From a virus, in the IMG/VR virus record IMGVR_UViG_3300028394_002011: a stretch of DNA of 64,000 bases. One strand, given 5' to 3'. Shown piece by piece: positions 21,065 through 29,759 of this stretch (within the stretch, counting starts at the first letter, position 1; each line of letters begins with the position of its first letter). Both the position numbers and the translations under genes were made by a program. The notes under the pieces were generated by a model. The model was not told where the DNA came from and did no database searches. It saw nothing but the letters and a program-made list of their open reading frames with translations.

Positions 21065-21577
21065 ATGCGCCTAGACAAATACAGTAATCCTATATTTTCA
21101 GAACAAGACCTGTTTGATGCTTTGTATCAAAGTTATCAATTTGATGCAACGGATACCTTACTAGTTGATCAGCGATCTGACGCAATCAAACAACTGGAAT
21201 CCAAAATAGGATTTAAATTCCTAGAACCTTACGATACTCACTTTGAAGTCAGTGACTACGATTTTGCTTGCCAATCAAATTGGTACATGCCCGAAGAATA
21301 CAAAACACTGGATATAGAAGCGTGGATTTGGCAACAAACACCACCCTGGGATCCGCAACACACCAGAGTTACTGAAGAACTATCAGCATTCAAAGAACGC
21401 AATATGCTGGATTTATTGCGTTGGCTCAAATATTTTGTAGATACTTGCGATAAAAACAATGTGGTTTGGGGAGTAGGCAGAGGATCCAGTGTGGCCAGTT
21501 ATATACTCTATTTGATAGGGGTACACCATATCGATAGTATTAAATATAATCTTGACTGGCAGGAATTCCTGAGATAA
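21065..21577 (+). CDS. Stand-alone DNA polymerase III alpha (DnaE)-like fragment (170 aa)
   Basis: VWGVGRGSSVASYILYLIGVHHIDSIKYNL matches the DnaE VGxGRGSxAGSLVAYxLGITxIDPxxYxL block; no PHP domain and no catalytic DxD. Confidence 0.7.
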   Translation: MRLDKYSNPIFSEQDLFDALYQSYQFDATDTLLVDQRSDAIKQLESKIGFKFLEPYDTHFEVSDYDFACQSNWYMPEEYKTLDIEAWIWQQTPPWDPQHTRVTEELSAFKERNMLDLLRWLKYFVDTCDKNNVVWGVGRGSSVASYILYLIGVHHIDSIKYNLDWQEFLR

Positions 21578-21604
21578 GTACTAGTATAATTAAGGAGATT
21601 TAAA

Positions 21605-21907
21605 ATGGAACAACAACCAAAACAAATATATCGTTCAATGCAGGGCAAAGAAGTCGATATGAATCGATTAGTAAACGTAAACGAACTTACACCAGCTGTG
21701 GGTAATCTTAAAGTTAATGCACGTGGTGACGAACTAGGCGCTGGCGGAAAAATTATCAGAAAACGCGAAGACATCCTAAGAGAAGCAGAAGCCAACAGAA
21801 TTGTACCCGATCAGATTAATGTACGTCAAGTTGAAGAAGTTGCTACTGCAAAACCAGTGATTGCTAAGAAAAATGTAGCAGACATGGATCCAGAAGGCAA
21901 CGAATGA
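21605..21907 (+). CDS. Hypothetical protein
   Basis: Strong SD (taaggag) upstream; ATGA-coupled to groES. Confidence 0.65.
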   Translation: MEQQPKQIYRSMQGKEVDMNRLVNVNELTPAVGNLKVNARGDELGAGGKIIRKREDILREAEANRIVPDQINVRQVEEVATAKPVIAKKNVADMDPEGNE

Positions 21908-22314
21908 AAAGAACACCAGTATATGCCAGCAAACTAAGACCAATTCGAGATAACATTGTTATTGTTGATATGGATTTTGGTGCGCAAGTAACTAAAGGCG
22001 GAATTGTTCTACCCAGCGATGATGGTAAAAGCGAGGGTGTTAAAAGTCGATGGGGTCGAGTGTATTCCGTTGGGCCGGAACAAATTGATGTAAAAGTAGG
22101 CGAGTGGATCTTGCTTGAACATGGTCGATGGAGTCGTGGATTTACTGTGTTGGACGATGACGGTAATGATATGATTATCCGTCGTGCTGATCCCAACGGT
22201 ATACTGGCCGTTGCTGATGAAAAACCAAATGAAACTATTTTTGGATCACACAGCACAGTAACACACGCAACATTCGATCCTGCATCTTTTTCAAGACCAA
22301 GTTTTGAACAATAA
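21904..22314 (+). CDS. groES: GroES/Cpn10-like co-chaperonin
   Basis: LRPIRDNIV...TKGGIVLP...GRVYSVGP...VKVGEWIL pattern of the Cpn10 family. Confidence 0.85.
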   Translation: MKRTPVYASKLRPIRDNIVIVDMDFGAQVTKGGIVLPSDDGKSEGVKSRWGRVYSVGPEQIDVKVGEWILLEHGRWSRGFTVLDDDGNDMIIRRADPNGILAVADEKPNETIFGSHSTVTHATFDPASFSRPSFEQ

Positions 22315-22875
22315 ATGATAATTGAGTCTGTATTTCCAACATTTGTGCTTCAGGACTCAAATATTGAGTTGGCAAACACATTGCTTCCGCTGTGTAATAA
22401 GTATACGTCGCTAACTAAGGACAATTTACTTAATATTGATAATTTTCCGTCAACGCTGGGATCAGATGATCTTAATCCTGTTGTAATGTCGGATCCGGTT
22501 GTACAACAGACATTGAGTATGATCATCATGACCTATGCTGTTCAACTGGCTGAAGCTTCAGAAATGGATTACAATCAAATAGAATTTAAACCTTACGGTT
22601 TTTTTAGTTCTATGAATAAAAATGCTTATCTAAGAAGGCACATGCATCATCGATGTACATTTTCTGGAATCATTTATTTAGAAGTGGGCAAAGATGTTCC
22701 GCCATTAGTGTTGTTTAATCCAAAACCAATATCAGTGTTTAATGGTGAAATACAAAATACAAAATTTATTGAGCCTCAAGCTGGAAAGATTGTAATGTGG
22801 AATTCGTGGATAGAACATGAAGTTCCACAAAAATTAAACGATAATCCTAGAAAAGCATTTTCATTTAATATTTGA
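22315..22875 (+). CDS. 2OG-Fe(II) oxygenase-like protein (TIGR02466-like)
   Basis: HMH..FSGIIYL, PQAGKIVMWNSWIEHEV and RKAFSFN: HxH/D...H...R double-stranded beta-helix motifs. Confidence 0.75.
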   Translation: MIIESVFPTFVLQDSNIELANTLLPLCNKYTSLTKDNLLNIDNFPSTLGSDDLNPVVMSDPVVQQTLSMIIMTYAVQLAEASEMDYNQIEFKPYGFFSSMNKNAYLRRHMHHRCTFSGIIYLEVGKDVPPLVLFNPKPISVFNGEIQNTKFIEPQAGKIVMWNSWIEHEVPQKLNDNPRKAFSFNI

Positions 22876-22887
22876 GTAATATTTTCC

Positions 22888-22916
22888 TTGACTATCGCTA
22901 ACGTTCATAGTACAAT
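22888..22916 (+). promoter_or_regulatory. Sigma70-type promoter
   Basis: TTGACT (22888-93), 17-nt spacer, TACAAT (22911-16); SD aagga precedes the ATG at 22948. Confidence 0.7.
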
Positions 22917-22947
22917 TAGAGCAAGAGTTTCTAATTAAGGATATACA

Positions 22948-23862
22948 ATGAAAGAACTATGGGTAGAAAAATATCGTCCTAACACTATCGATGGTTACGT
23001 GTTTAGAGATAACCATCAAAAAGAACAAGTAGAATCTTGGATTAAACAAAAATCAATTCCGCATTTGTTGTTTAGCGGTAACGCTGGCATTGGTAAAACT
23101 ACCCTTGCCAGAGTGTTGTTCAATGAACTACAAATTAATGATCTAGATGTTTTAGAAATCAATGCGTCACGTACCAACTCAGTTGAAGATGTTCGTGATA
23201 AGATTGTAAACTTTGTACAGATGATTCCATTTGGAGACTTTAAGGTTGTGCTGTTAGACGAAGCAGACTATTTGAGTCCCAATGCACAAGCGGCGTTACG
23301 TGGCGTTATGGAAGAGTATCACACAACTGCTAGGTTTATTCTTACTTGTAACTATCCCAATAGGATTATTCCTGCACTACACAGTCGCTGTCAAGGTTTT
23401 CATATTGAACGTGTTGACATTGCAGAATTTACTGCCCGTGTTGCTACTATTCTTATGGAAGAATCCGTAGAGTTTGATTTGGACACGCTAGACACATTTG
23501 TCAAAGCAACTTACCCCGATCTTCGCAAGTGTATTAACACTACACAAATGAACAGTATGGATGGAAAATTGCATACTCCTGAGAAAGCAGATAGCGGACA
23601 AGCTGATTATAAGTTAGACATGGTTCGATTGTTTAAATCAGGAAAAATTACAGAAGGTCGTAAACTTGTGTGTAGTCAAGCACGACCAGAAGAGATGGAA
23701 GAAATCTTCCGTTGGTTATATGATAATGTGGAAATTTTTGGAGATGAAGCCGTTCAAGACAAGGCAATTCTTATTATTAAACAAGGACTGGTAGATCATA
23801 CATTAATTATTGATCCAGAAATTAATCTTGCGGCAACCTTAATTAGACTGAGTCACCTATGA
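22948..23862 (+). CDS. Clamp loader AAA+ subunit (RFC small subunit / T4 gp44-like)
   Basis: LWVEKYRP, Walker [10 protein letters not shown], Walker B LLDEAD, SRC motif (LHSRC). Confidence 0.9.
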   Translation: MKELWVEKYRPNTIDGYVFRDNHQKEQVESWIKQKSIPHLLFSGNAGIGKTTLARVLFNELQINDLDVLEINASRTNSVEDVRDKIVNFVQMIPFGDFKVVLLDEADYLSPNAQAALRGVMEEYHTTARFILTCNYPNRIIPALHSRCQGFHIERVDIAEFTARVATILMEESVEFDLDTLDTFVKATYPDLRKCINTTQMNSMDGKLHTPEKADSGQADYKLDMVRLFKSGKITEGRKLVCSQARPEEMEEIFRWLYDNVEIFGDEAVQDKAILIIKQGLVDHTLIIDPEINLAATLIRLSHL

Positions 23863-24182
23863 CATATTTGGTATTAGAGAATTGTATTAAATGCAAACAT
23901 ACTGATTGTGTAGAAGTTTGTCCTGTTGATTGTTTTAAAGAAGGTCCTAACTTTCTTGTTATTGATCCAGACGAATGTATTGACTGTGGTGTGTGCGTTC
24001 CTGAGTGCCCAATCGATGCTATTGTTCCCGATACTGATAAAACTGTTGATGTTGTGTTTTGGACTGAGCTTAATACACGGCTTGCTAAAAAATGGCCTAC
24101 CATTACTAAACGTAAACCTGCGCTACCTGATGCAGAAGAATGGAAGGACAAGCCTAATAAACTTGATCTATTAGAAGAGTGA
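23859..24182 (+). CDS. fdxA: 7Fe ferredoxin (FdxA type)
   Basis: [18 protein letters not shown]...[12 protein letters not shown]...WPTIT...LPDAEEW, the Azotobacter FdI-like pattern. Confidence 0.9.
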   Translation: MTYLVLENCIKCKHTDCVEVCPVDCFKEGPNFLVIDPDECIDCGVCVPECPIDAIVPDTDKTVDVVFWTELNTRLAKKWPTITKRKPALPDAEEWKDKPNKLDLLEE

Positions 24183-24691
24183 AGGATAAATTAAAACAGG
24201 CATACATGAAGACTGCCGAAATATTTGCAGAACTCAGTCATGCTCGTAGGCTTCATGTTGGCGCTATTGTAGTCAAGGATGATAGGATTATCTCTATTGG
24301 CTACAATGGTATGCCTGCGGGTTGGGATAACGATTGTGAAAATGTAGAATGGTGTAGTGCTGGTGGATGGTTAAGTGCAGAAGAAATTGAAGAAGGTTGG
24401 CCATACGAAGGTACTTACATAGATGCCGATGGTATCACAATGCAAGGCCGCTATCGATTAAAAACTAAACCAGAGGTATTACATGCAGAAACTAACGCCA
24501 TTGCAAAACTTGCGAAAAGTACAGAATCTGGTGATGGGGCTGTATTGTTTGTTACTCATAGCCCATGCTTGGACTGTGCAAAACTTATATTTCAAAGTGG
24601 CATTCGCAGTGTATTCTATCGTAACAGTTATCGTAGTACTGATGGTACTACGTTCCTTGAACGATCAGGAATAACTGTAACACAACTGTAA
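24179..24691 (+). CDS. dCMP deaminase
   Basis: SIGYNG, HAE and SPCLDC zinc motifs; GTG start. Confidence 0.9.
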   Translation: MKDKLKQAYMKTAEIFAELSHARRLHVGAIVVKDDRIISIGYNGMPAGWDNDCENVEWCSAGGWLSAEEIEEGWPYEGTYIDADGITMQGRYRLKTKPEVLHAETNAIAKLAKSTESGDGAVLFVTHSPCLDCAKLIFQSGIRSVFYRNSYRSTDGTTFLERSGITVTQL

Positions 24692-24716
24692 AAAAGGACC
24701 CGAAGGTCCTTTTTTT
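24690..24716. terminator. Bidirectional intrinsic terminator
   Basis: aaaaaa-GGACC-cgaa-GGTCC-tttttt, between the convergent dCMP deaminase and phoH genes. Confidence 0.85.
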
Positions 24717-25449
24717 ATGAATCACCGTATAATGCTAAAACCTCCTTAACAGCATTATGACGTTCAATATCTTTGGCATTAAATTGAACAATGTCAATAT
24801 GTTTCAATCCTGGTTTTCCTCCAAGTAAATTACAAAAATTGATTAATCCATTATCGTTTAATCTATCTGCTTGAGCTAAATCTCCTGTTACTACCATTCT
24901 AGAATTATCTCCAAGTCTGGTCAACAACATTTTCATTTGGTTTACAGTTGTATTCTGACATTCGTCAGCGATAATGTAAGCGTTTTTAAATGTGCGGCCT
25001 CGCATATAAGCGAGCGGGCTTATTTCGATAGTTCCATCCTCCAACATTTTTGCAATGTCTTTTTGCTGGTAATACTCTCCTAAGACGTCAAATATAGGTC
25101 TTGTCCATGGCGCCATTTTTTCATTTAGCGTTCCTGGCAAAAATCCCAAATCTTCATCTACACTCACGGCGGGTCTTGTCACAATGATCTTGTCAACTTT
25201 ACCCTCTTGAAATAATCTAATCCCGTTCTGTACGGCTAGCATAGTTTTACCTGTGCCGGCTGGACCAATGGCTAAAATAATGCTTTTAGCATCATCCTGC
25301 AATTTTCTTACGTATAATTCTTGATTAGAGTTTCTTGGTGATAATTGTACACGTTGCTTCTTTTGAGGCAAGTATGGTTGAAAATCAATTATGTTAACTT
25401 CTGATGTAAAACGTTTTTTCACTCGTTGCGTTACTCGCTGTTTACTCAT
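24715..25449 (-). CDS. phoH: PhoH-family ATPase
   Basis: GPAGTGKT Walker A, LGFLPG, YMRGRTF, DECQN, GDLAQAD, HNAV. Confidence 0.92.
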   Translation of the reverse strand: MSKQRVTQRVKKRFTSEVNIIDFQPYLPQKKQRVQLSPRNSNQELYVRKLQDDAKSIILAIGPAGTGKTMLAVQNGIRLFQEGKVDKIIVTRPAVSVDEDLGFLPGTLNEKMAPWTRPIFDVLGEYYQQKDIAKMLEDGTIEISPLAYMRGRTFKNAYIIADECQNTTVNQMKMLLTRLGDNSRMVVTGDLAQADRLNDNGLINFCNLLGGKPGLKHIDIVQFNAKDIERHNAVKEVLALYGDS

Positions 25450-25526
25450 CTAAGTTGCTCCTACTTTACTTGGTTAAGTAGGACTTGTAGCGACCGCCCT
25501 TGATAACTACAGAGGTCCTACATTTT

Positions 25527-25585
25527 TATTTACTCGATCCGCAGAATAATAAACTGTTATGTTATCGTTTAAAACCAGCTAAATA
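25527..25585. promoter_or_regulatory. Divergent pair of late-promoter cores (TAAATA on - strand at 25527-32 and on + strand at 25580-85)
   Basis: TATTTA (reverse complement TAAATA) points to phoH; TAAATA points to ORF 25614. Confidence 0.5.
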
Positions 25586-25613
25586 AGTATAGAAACTTCT
25601 GGGACTTACCATA

Positions 25614-26204
25614 ATGCATGATATAATAGACGTCATTAACAATATACAAACACTGTATGAAAACAACTCTAATCTAGCTGTTTTAAAAGATTTTGAGCGT
25701 GTTCTAGACGAGATGGACACTTATGTATTCGAAAACTGGGTTGACGGCGAGTTGGCATATGGGCCTCGAGTTGACCGTCACTGGATAACTGCTAGTTTTA
25801 TGTGGCCTCAAGACAAGATGCCTGATCCCAATGCAGGCAAGAGACTAATAGATTTAGGTTGCAAAGTAAGATATCAAAAAAGTCATCTACTTGAACCACG
25901 TAAAATCCGCACACATGAAGATATTCGTCCAGGAAGTAAAAAAGGCAAATTAGATCGTAAGCCTATCTGGCTTGTTGAAATTCAGATGCCAAAAAAAGTA
26001 GCGTTTGATGTTTACAAAGGCTACATGGACAAGATGAAAAACGAAAATCAATCAGGAACTGCTCCAAGTGAAGCTCAGGGTCCAGCAACAGCGGCTCCTA
26101 CTACTCCGGCAGCTCCTGGTGGAATGGCTCCGCCGGGCGGCGCTCCAGCAGGTGGCGGTATGCCGGGTGGCGCTCCAGCAGGTGGAATGGCTCCGGTAGC
26201 GTAA
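25614..26204 (+). CDS. Hypothetical late protein with Gly/Pro/Ala-rich tail
   Basis: Good ORF downstream of TAAATA; C-terminal PGGAPAGG repeats. Confidence 0.65.
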   Translation: MHDIIDVINNIQTLYENNSNLAVLKDFERVLDEMDTYVFENWVDGELAYGPRVDRHWITASFMWPQDKMPDPNAGKRLIDLGCKVRYQKSHLLEPRKIRTHEDIRPGSKKGKLDRKPIWLVEIQMPKKVAFDVYKGYMDKMKNENQSGTAPSEAQGPATAAPTTPAAPGGMAPPGGAPAGGGMPGGAPAGGMAPVA

Positions 26205-26212
26205 GGATCAAT

Positions 26213-26944
26213 ATGAAAATTACTGAAAGTTTGAGAGCAGGCGACTTGCGCCACATGATTAAAAAAGTATTTGGCGTTGACAGCTACAAAAGCAAAGTTG
26301 GCAACGACGAAGAAGTTATTGTTTTAAGTTTTGTAGTGGCCGAAGAAGATCCTGCTAAAGATTTAGAAAATTTTATTGAGATGGGCTACGATTTTGTACT
26401 TGACGCAGATGTCACGCCAGGCGAAACAGACGACGGTGAGTTTTTAGTTTTTGTAGAATTAGAACGCGGTAGGCATGCGGCTGAACAAATTATGGAAATT
26501 ATCAACGGAGTTACTAAGCTAACAGAATTTGATTATATGAGATTCCGTTATTTTAAAAATTTTAAAAGCCAAGAAGCAACTGAAGAAAATATTGCATCGA
26601 TCGTTCCTACAGATAAAAATTCTTATAAAATTGCTACAGAAAGAACTGGTTTGAATAACTTCAGTGAGTTTTTTGCTAAAAGTTATGCTGATAAAGTAAC
26701 AGTACTAGACGAGTCTATTACATTTAGACGATCTGTTAATCAACCAGTATCGTTTAATATCGTTGACAGTGGATCAAGGCAAAATGTATACAATAATATA
26801 CAAGGGCCTATTATGTTAGAAGGAAAAGATATCTCAGAAGTATTATTTCTAACTAAAACAATTGGTAACTATAATATTACCAAAATTAATAGTAAGTTTA
26901 TATTTGAAAACAACGGATGGGCCGTTGCACTTGAAAGGATTTAA
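26213..26944 (+). CDS. Hypothetical protein
   Basis: 243-aa ORF with SD aagga; no motif recognised. Confidence 0.65.
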   Translation: MKITESLRAGDLRHMIKKVFGVDSYKSKVGNDEEVIVLSFVVAEEDPAKDLENFIEMGYDFVLDADVTPGETDDGEFLVFVELERGRHAAEQIMEIINGVTKLTEFDYMRFRYFKNFKSQEATEENIASIVPTDKNSYKIATERTGLNNFSEFFAKSYADKVTVLDESITFRRSVNQPVSFNIVDSGSRQNVYNNIQGPIMLEGKDISEVLFLTKTIGNYNITKINSKFIFENNGWAVALERI

Positions 26945-26946
26945 TA

Positions 26947-27576
26947 ATGTCAAACTTTGATTTTGAATTTACAGAAAATAAATTATCACAAATTATCACA
27001 AATAATCAGTATGTTAATCATTGGTATGAAGCACTAGCATTGCTACTTCCCGATTACGATATCAATACTGTGCCACGTGTTGCGGCATTCTTGGCGCAGA
27101 CCGCACACGAATCCGGCGGTTATAAAGCATTGAAGGAAAACTTAAACTATCGTGCAGAAACATTGATGAAAGTTTGGCCACGTTACTTTCCCAATATTGA
27201 TGTAGCTCGACAGTATGCACAACAACCAGAACGCATTGCAAATCGCGCATATGGCGGGCGTATGGGTAACGGTCCTGAGGCGTCAGGCGACGGTTTCCGT
27301 TATTGTGGGCGTGGTCTAATTCAATTAACCGGCAAAGACAACTATACTCGATTTGCAGAAAGTATTGAAACTCCTGTGGAAGAGATTCCAGAATTTCTTG
27401 GAACATTTGAAGGCGCTGTGCAAAGTGCTTGCTGGTTTTGGGAAACTAATAACTTAAATCAGTTTGCTGATAGCGGAGACATGCTAACATTGACTAAACG
27501 TATTAATGGTGGCACATTGGGTTTAGATGATCGCATCAAGCATTATAATCATGCCATGCACATTTTAGGAAGCTAA
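26947..27576 (+). CDS. Glycoside hydrolase family 19 endolysin
   Basis: FLAQTAHESGG, ENLNY, GRGLIQLTGKDNY, TKRINGG: GH19 lysozyme/chitinase motifs; first gene of a lysis cassette. Confidence 0.88.
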   Translation: MSNFDFEFTENKLSQIITNNQYVNHWYEALALLLPDYDINTVPRVAAFLAQTAHESGGYKALKENLNYRAETLMKVWPRYFPNIDVARQYAQQPERIANRAYGGRMGNGPEASGDGFRYCGRGLIQLTGKDNYTRFAESIETPVEEIPEFLGTFEGAVQSACWFWETNNLNQFADSGDMLTLTKRINGGTLGLDDRIKHYNHAMHILGS

Positions 27577-27577
27577 C

Positions 27578-28198
27578 ATGGGCCAACTTGGATGGATGCT
27601 AAGTCTCATTCCAGATAATTTGTTTGTTTGGATTTATTATATAATCCTAACAGCAGGTGTTGCACTTTACATTGCTAGTAAACTGGTAAAGTGGCTTCCT
27701 TTAATGGGTCAATATAAATTACCAGCGGAATTAGTTGGTGTTGTATTGTTAGTAGTAGGAGCGTATTTTTACGGTGGGCACGGCGTACAACAAGCATGGT
27801 TGGCCAGAGTCCAAGAATTAGAAGCCAAAGTTAAAATTGCAGAAGAAAAAAGTCAGCAAGTTAACAAAGTTATAGAAACTAAAATAGTTGAAAAAATTAA
27901 AGTAGTCAAGGAAAATGTTTATGTCAACAGAGAAATCATTAAAGAAGTTGCCGGCAAGCAGTTGGATGCTAGTTGTAGCTTGCCTAAGTCTACTGTCAGC
28001 TTGCACGACAGCGCCAGTCGTAATGAAGTGGCCGGACGTGCCGCCGCAACTGATGGAACCCCCAGCGAAGTTAAAGCCAGTCAACTCCTCGACAGAGTCG
28101 TTGAAAACTACGGAAGCTGTTACGAAAACGCAGCCAAACTAGAAGCATGGCAAGAATGGTACAAGGAACAAAAGAAAATCTTTGAATCAGTTAAATAG
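27578..28198 (+). CDS. Inner-membrane spanin (Rz-like)
   Basis: N-terminal hydrophobic helices, periplasmic coiled coil (ARVQELEAKVKIAEEK), two Cys; lies between endolysin and holin. Confidence 0.7.
   Translation: MGQLGWMLSLIPDNLFVWIYYIILTAGVALYIASKLVKWLPLMGQYKLPAELVGVVLLVVGAYFYGGHGVQQAWLARVQELEAKVKIAEEKSQQVNKVIETKIVEKIKVVKENVYVNREIIKEVAGKQLDASCSLPKSTVSLHDSASRNEVAGRAAATDGTPSEVKASQLLDRVVENYGSCYENAAKLEAWQEWYKEQKKIFESVK
27921..28142 (+). CDS. Outer-membrane lipoprotein spanin (Rz1-like), embedded in +1 frame of Rz
   Basis: Basic N-region, hydrophobic core and lipobox LLSA|C, followed by Pro-rich KWPDVPPQLMEPPAKLKP; SD aagga 8 nt before ATG 27921. Confidence 0.7.
   Translation: MSTEKSLKKLPASSWMLVVACLSLLSACTTAPVVMKWPDVPPQLMEPPAKLKPVNSSTESLKTTEAVTKTQPN
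28192..28197 (+). promoter_or_regulatory. Late promoter core TAAATA
   Basis: Upstream of the holin gene, followed by SD aggag. Confidence 0.4.
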
Positions 28199-28222
28199 TA
28201 GTATAATTTAGGAGCGAACTAA

Positions 28223-28780
28223 ATGTCAGAAGAAGTCAAAAGCGCAAGCGAGCAAAAGAAAGAAGATTGGATGAACAGCAAGTGGCGTCCAATGATGGGT
28301 TGGATGTACATGTTAGTCTGTATGATGGACATGGTTGTATTTCCAATCTTATGGAGTCTATTACAAACATTTACCCACACTCAAATAACACAATGGAATC
28401 CACTAACACTACAAGGTGCTGGATTATTCCACATTGCTATGGGTGCAGTTCTTGGTATTGCGGCATTTGGTCGCACACAAGAAAAACTAAATGGAGCAAA
28501 CAATGGTGGACTTGCACCCGTATCACAGAGCGTCACAACAACATTTGGCTCACCTCAAACAGGATTTGGTGCCTCACCTGGGGGTTTCAGTACTCCAGCA
28601 CCAACAGGATTCAACCAACCAGCGCCAAGTGGCTTTGGCGGAGGCGGGTTTGGAAGCGCACCTTCAGCGCCATCGACAAGTTTTACGCCAGCACCAAGTT
28701 GGGGGACAACTCCAACAGGAGTAACAACAACAGCTGGTGGTAAGAAAATAGTACCTCAGGATCCAGATCCTGTTTTATAA
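28223..28780 (+). CDS. Putative holin with Gly/Phe/Pro-rich C-terminal tail
   Basis: KWRPMMGW...FPILW and GLFHIAMGAVLGIAAFGRTQEK transmembrane segments (GTA/3TM-holin-like); position in the lysis cassette. Confidence 0.65.
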   Translation: MSEEVKSASEQKKEDWMNSKWRPMMGWMYMLVCMMDMVVFPILWSLLQTFTHTQITQWNPLTLQGAGLFHIAMGAVLGIAAFGRTQEKLNGANNGGLAPVSQSVTTTFGSPQTGFGASPGGFSTPAPTGFNQPAPSGFGGGGFGSAPSAPSTSFTPAPSWGTTPTGVTTTAGGKKIVPQDPDPVL

Positions 28781-28790
28781 GGAAAATAAA

Positions 28791-29003
28791 ATGAAATTAA
28801 TTTTAGCATTGATGATGAGTTTTGGTATTGCTGTATGTGCATATGCCGGTGGCGAGACCAAAGAAGTTTGTAAAGACAAATTGGACAAGGCTGGTAAAGT
28901 TGTAAATGGTAAGGACGGTAAGCCAGTTCAAGTGTGCAAGAAGATCAAAGTACATGAAAAAGCCGAAGGTCACGCAGTTCCAGAGCCAGCTAAAAAGAAA
29001 TAA
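28791..29003 (+). CDS. Small exported protein
   Basis: Signal peptide MKLILALMMSFGIAVCAYA followed by a Lys-rich body with a Cys pair. Confidence 0.6.
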   Translation: MKLILALMMSFGIAVCAYAGGETKEVCKDKLDKAGKVVNGKDGKPVQVCKKIKVHEKAEGHAVPEPAKKK

Positions 29004-29016
29004 TTAGCTCAGACTC

Positions 29017-29063
29017 TTGACGGGTCAAGTCTAATATAGTATAATTACTGTATTACTTGACCC
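29017..29063 (+). promoter_or_regulatory. Sigma70 promoter embedded in a long inverted repeat
   Basis: TTGACG (29017-22), 17-nt spacer, TATAAT (29040-45). gggtcaag (29022-29) pairs with cttgaccc (29056-63), and taatatagta pairs with tactgtatta. Confidence 0.7.
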
Positions 29064-29069
29064 ATTATT

Positions 29070-29747
29070 ATGACTGAACAACCGATTATGATTAGCCCTT
29101 TTGGGCCCGTATTTTTAAAATTTCATTTACCTGATGATATACTTACGGCCGTGCTTGCCGAGAGCGAAGCAATGAAGGCAAAGACACAAGACGAAGCATA
29201 TCTTAAAGAATACGACTGGTCAGAATATCTTGTAGGGAAAAATACAAATCAACTGTTGTTGAATTATGATTTTTTTGTTGAATCAAATTTACAATCGTTT
29301 TTAGTAGCATTAGGAGAGTATTATTTACAAAGTCATCATACTGCGGATCAGTCAGTTAAAGAAACAAAATTAGCAATTGCATCTGCTTGGTTAAATATTA
29401 CTCGAAAACACGACTATAATTGTTTACACGATCATAATAAAAGTCCATTATCCGGTATTATATATCTAAAAGAAGATCCTAGCATAGCCAAAGAAATTGA
29501 TGCGTTAGAAGAGCTTTCTAAAATTAAAGGCGGAAGTTATTTGCCGGGCGTGACACATTTTATATACAGTGCAAACAAAAACTTTCTAGATTCAACTAGT
29601 TTTTCTTTTAGAGGAAAACCTGGAGATGTATTAATTTTTCCCGGTTGGATGTCTCATTTGGTTAATCCTTTTACTGCTGATGGTGAAAGAATGACTCTGG
29701 CATTTAACTTTCATAACGATGAAAATGTTATTCATAAATATCCTTAA
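29070..29747 (+). CDS. 2OG-Fe(II) oxygenase-like protein (TIGR02466-like)
   Basis: SAWLN...HDH...LSGIIYL...GDVLIFPGWMSHLV...RMTLAFN. Confidence 0.78.
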   Translation: MTEQPIMISPFGPVFLKFHLPDDILTAVLAESEAMKAKTQDEAYLKEYDWSEYLVGKNTNQLLLNYDFFVESNLQSFLVALGEYYLQSHHTADQSVKETKLAIASAWLNITRKHDYNCLHDHNKSPLSGIIYLKEDPSIAKEIDALEELSKIKGGSYLPGVTHFIYSANKNFLDSTSFSFRGKPGDVLIFPGWMSHLVNPFTADGERMTLAFNFHNDENVIHKYP

Positions 29748-29759
29748 GGAATTACATCA

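Noticed and set aside
21552-21590. TTGACT...TATAAT promoter upstream of ORF 21605
   Set aside because: The spacer is 27 nt, incompatible with sigma70; only the -10-like element is credible.
15519-23862. Eukaryotic or giant-virus origin suggested by the animal-type peroxidase and RFC-like clamp loader
   Set aside because: SD sequences, sigma70 promoters, overlapping operons, an endolysin-spanin-holin cassette and T4-like genes indicate a bacteriophage.
26130-26195. Near-tandem repeat of about 30 nt encoding PGGAPAGG, and EEARKA / TDTG repeats at about 44805-44915
   Set aside because: Ordinary low-complexity linker expansions with no sign of a separate function.
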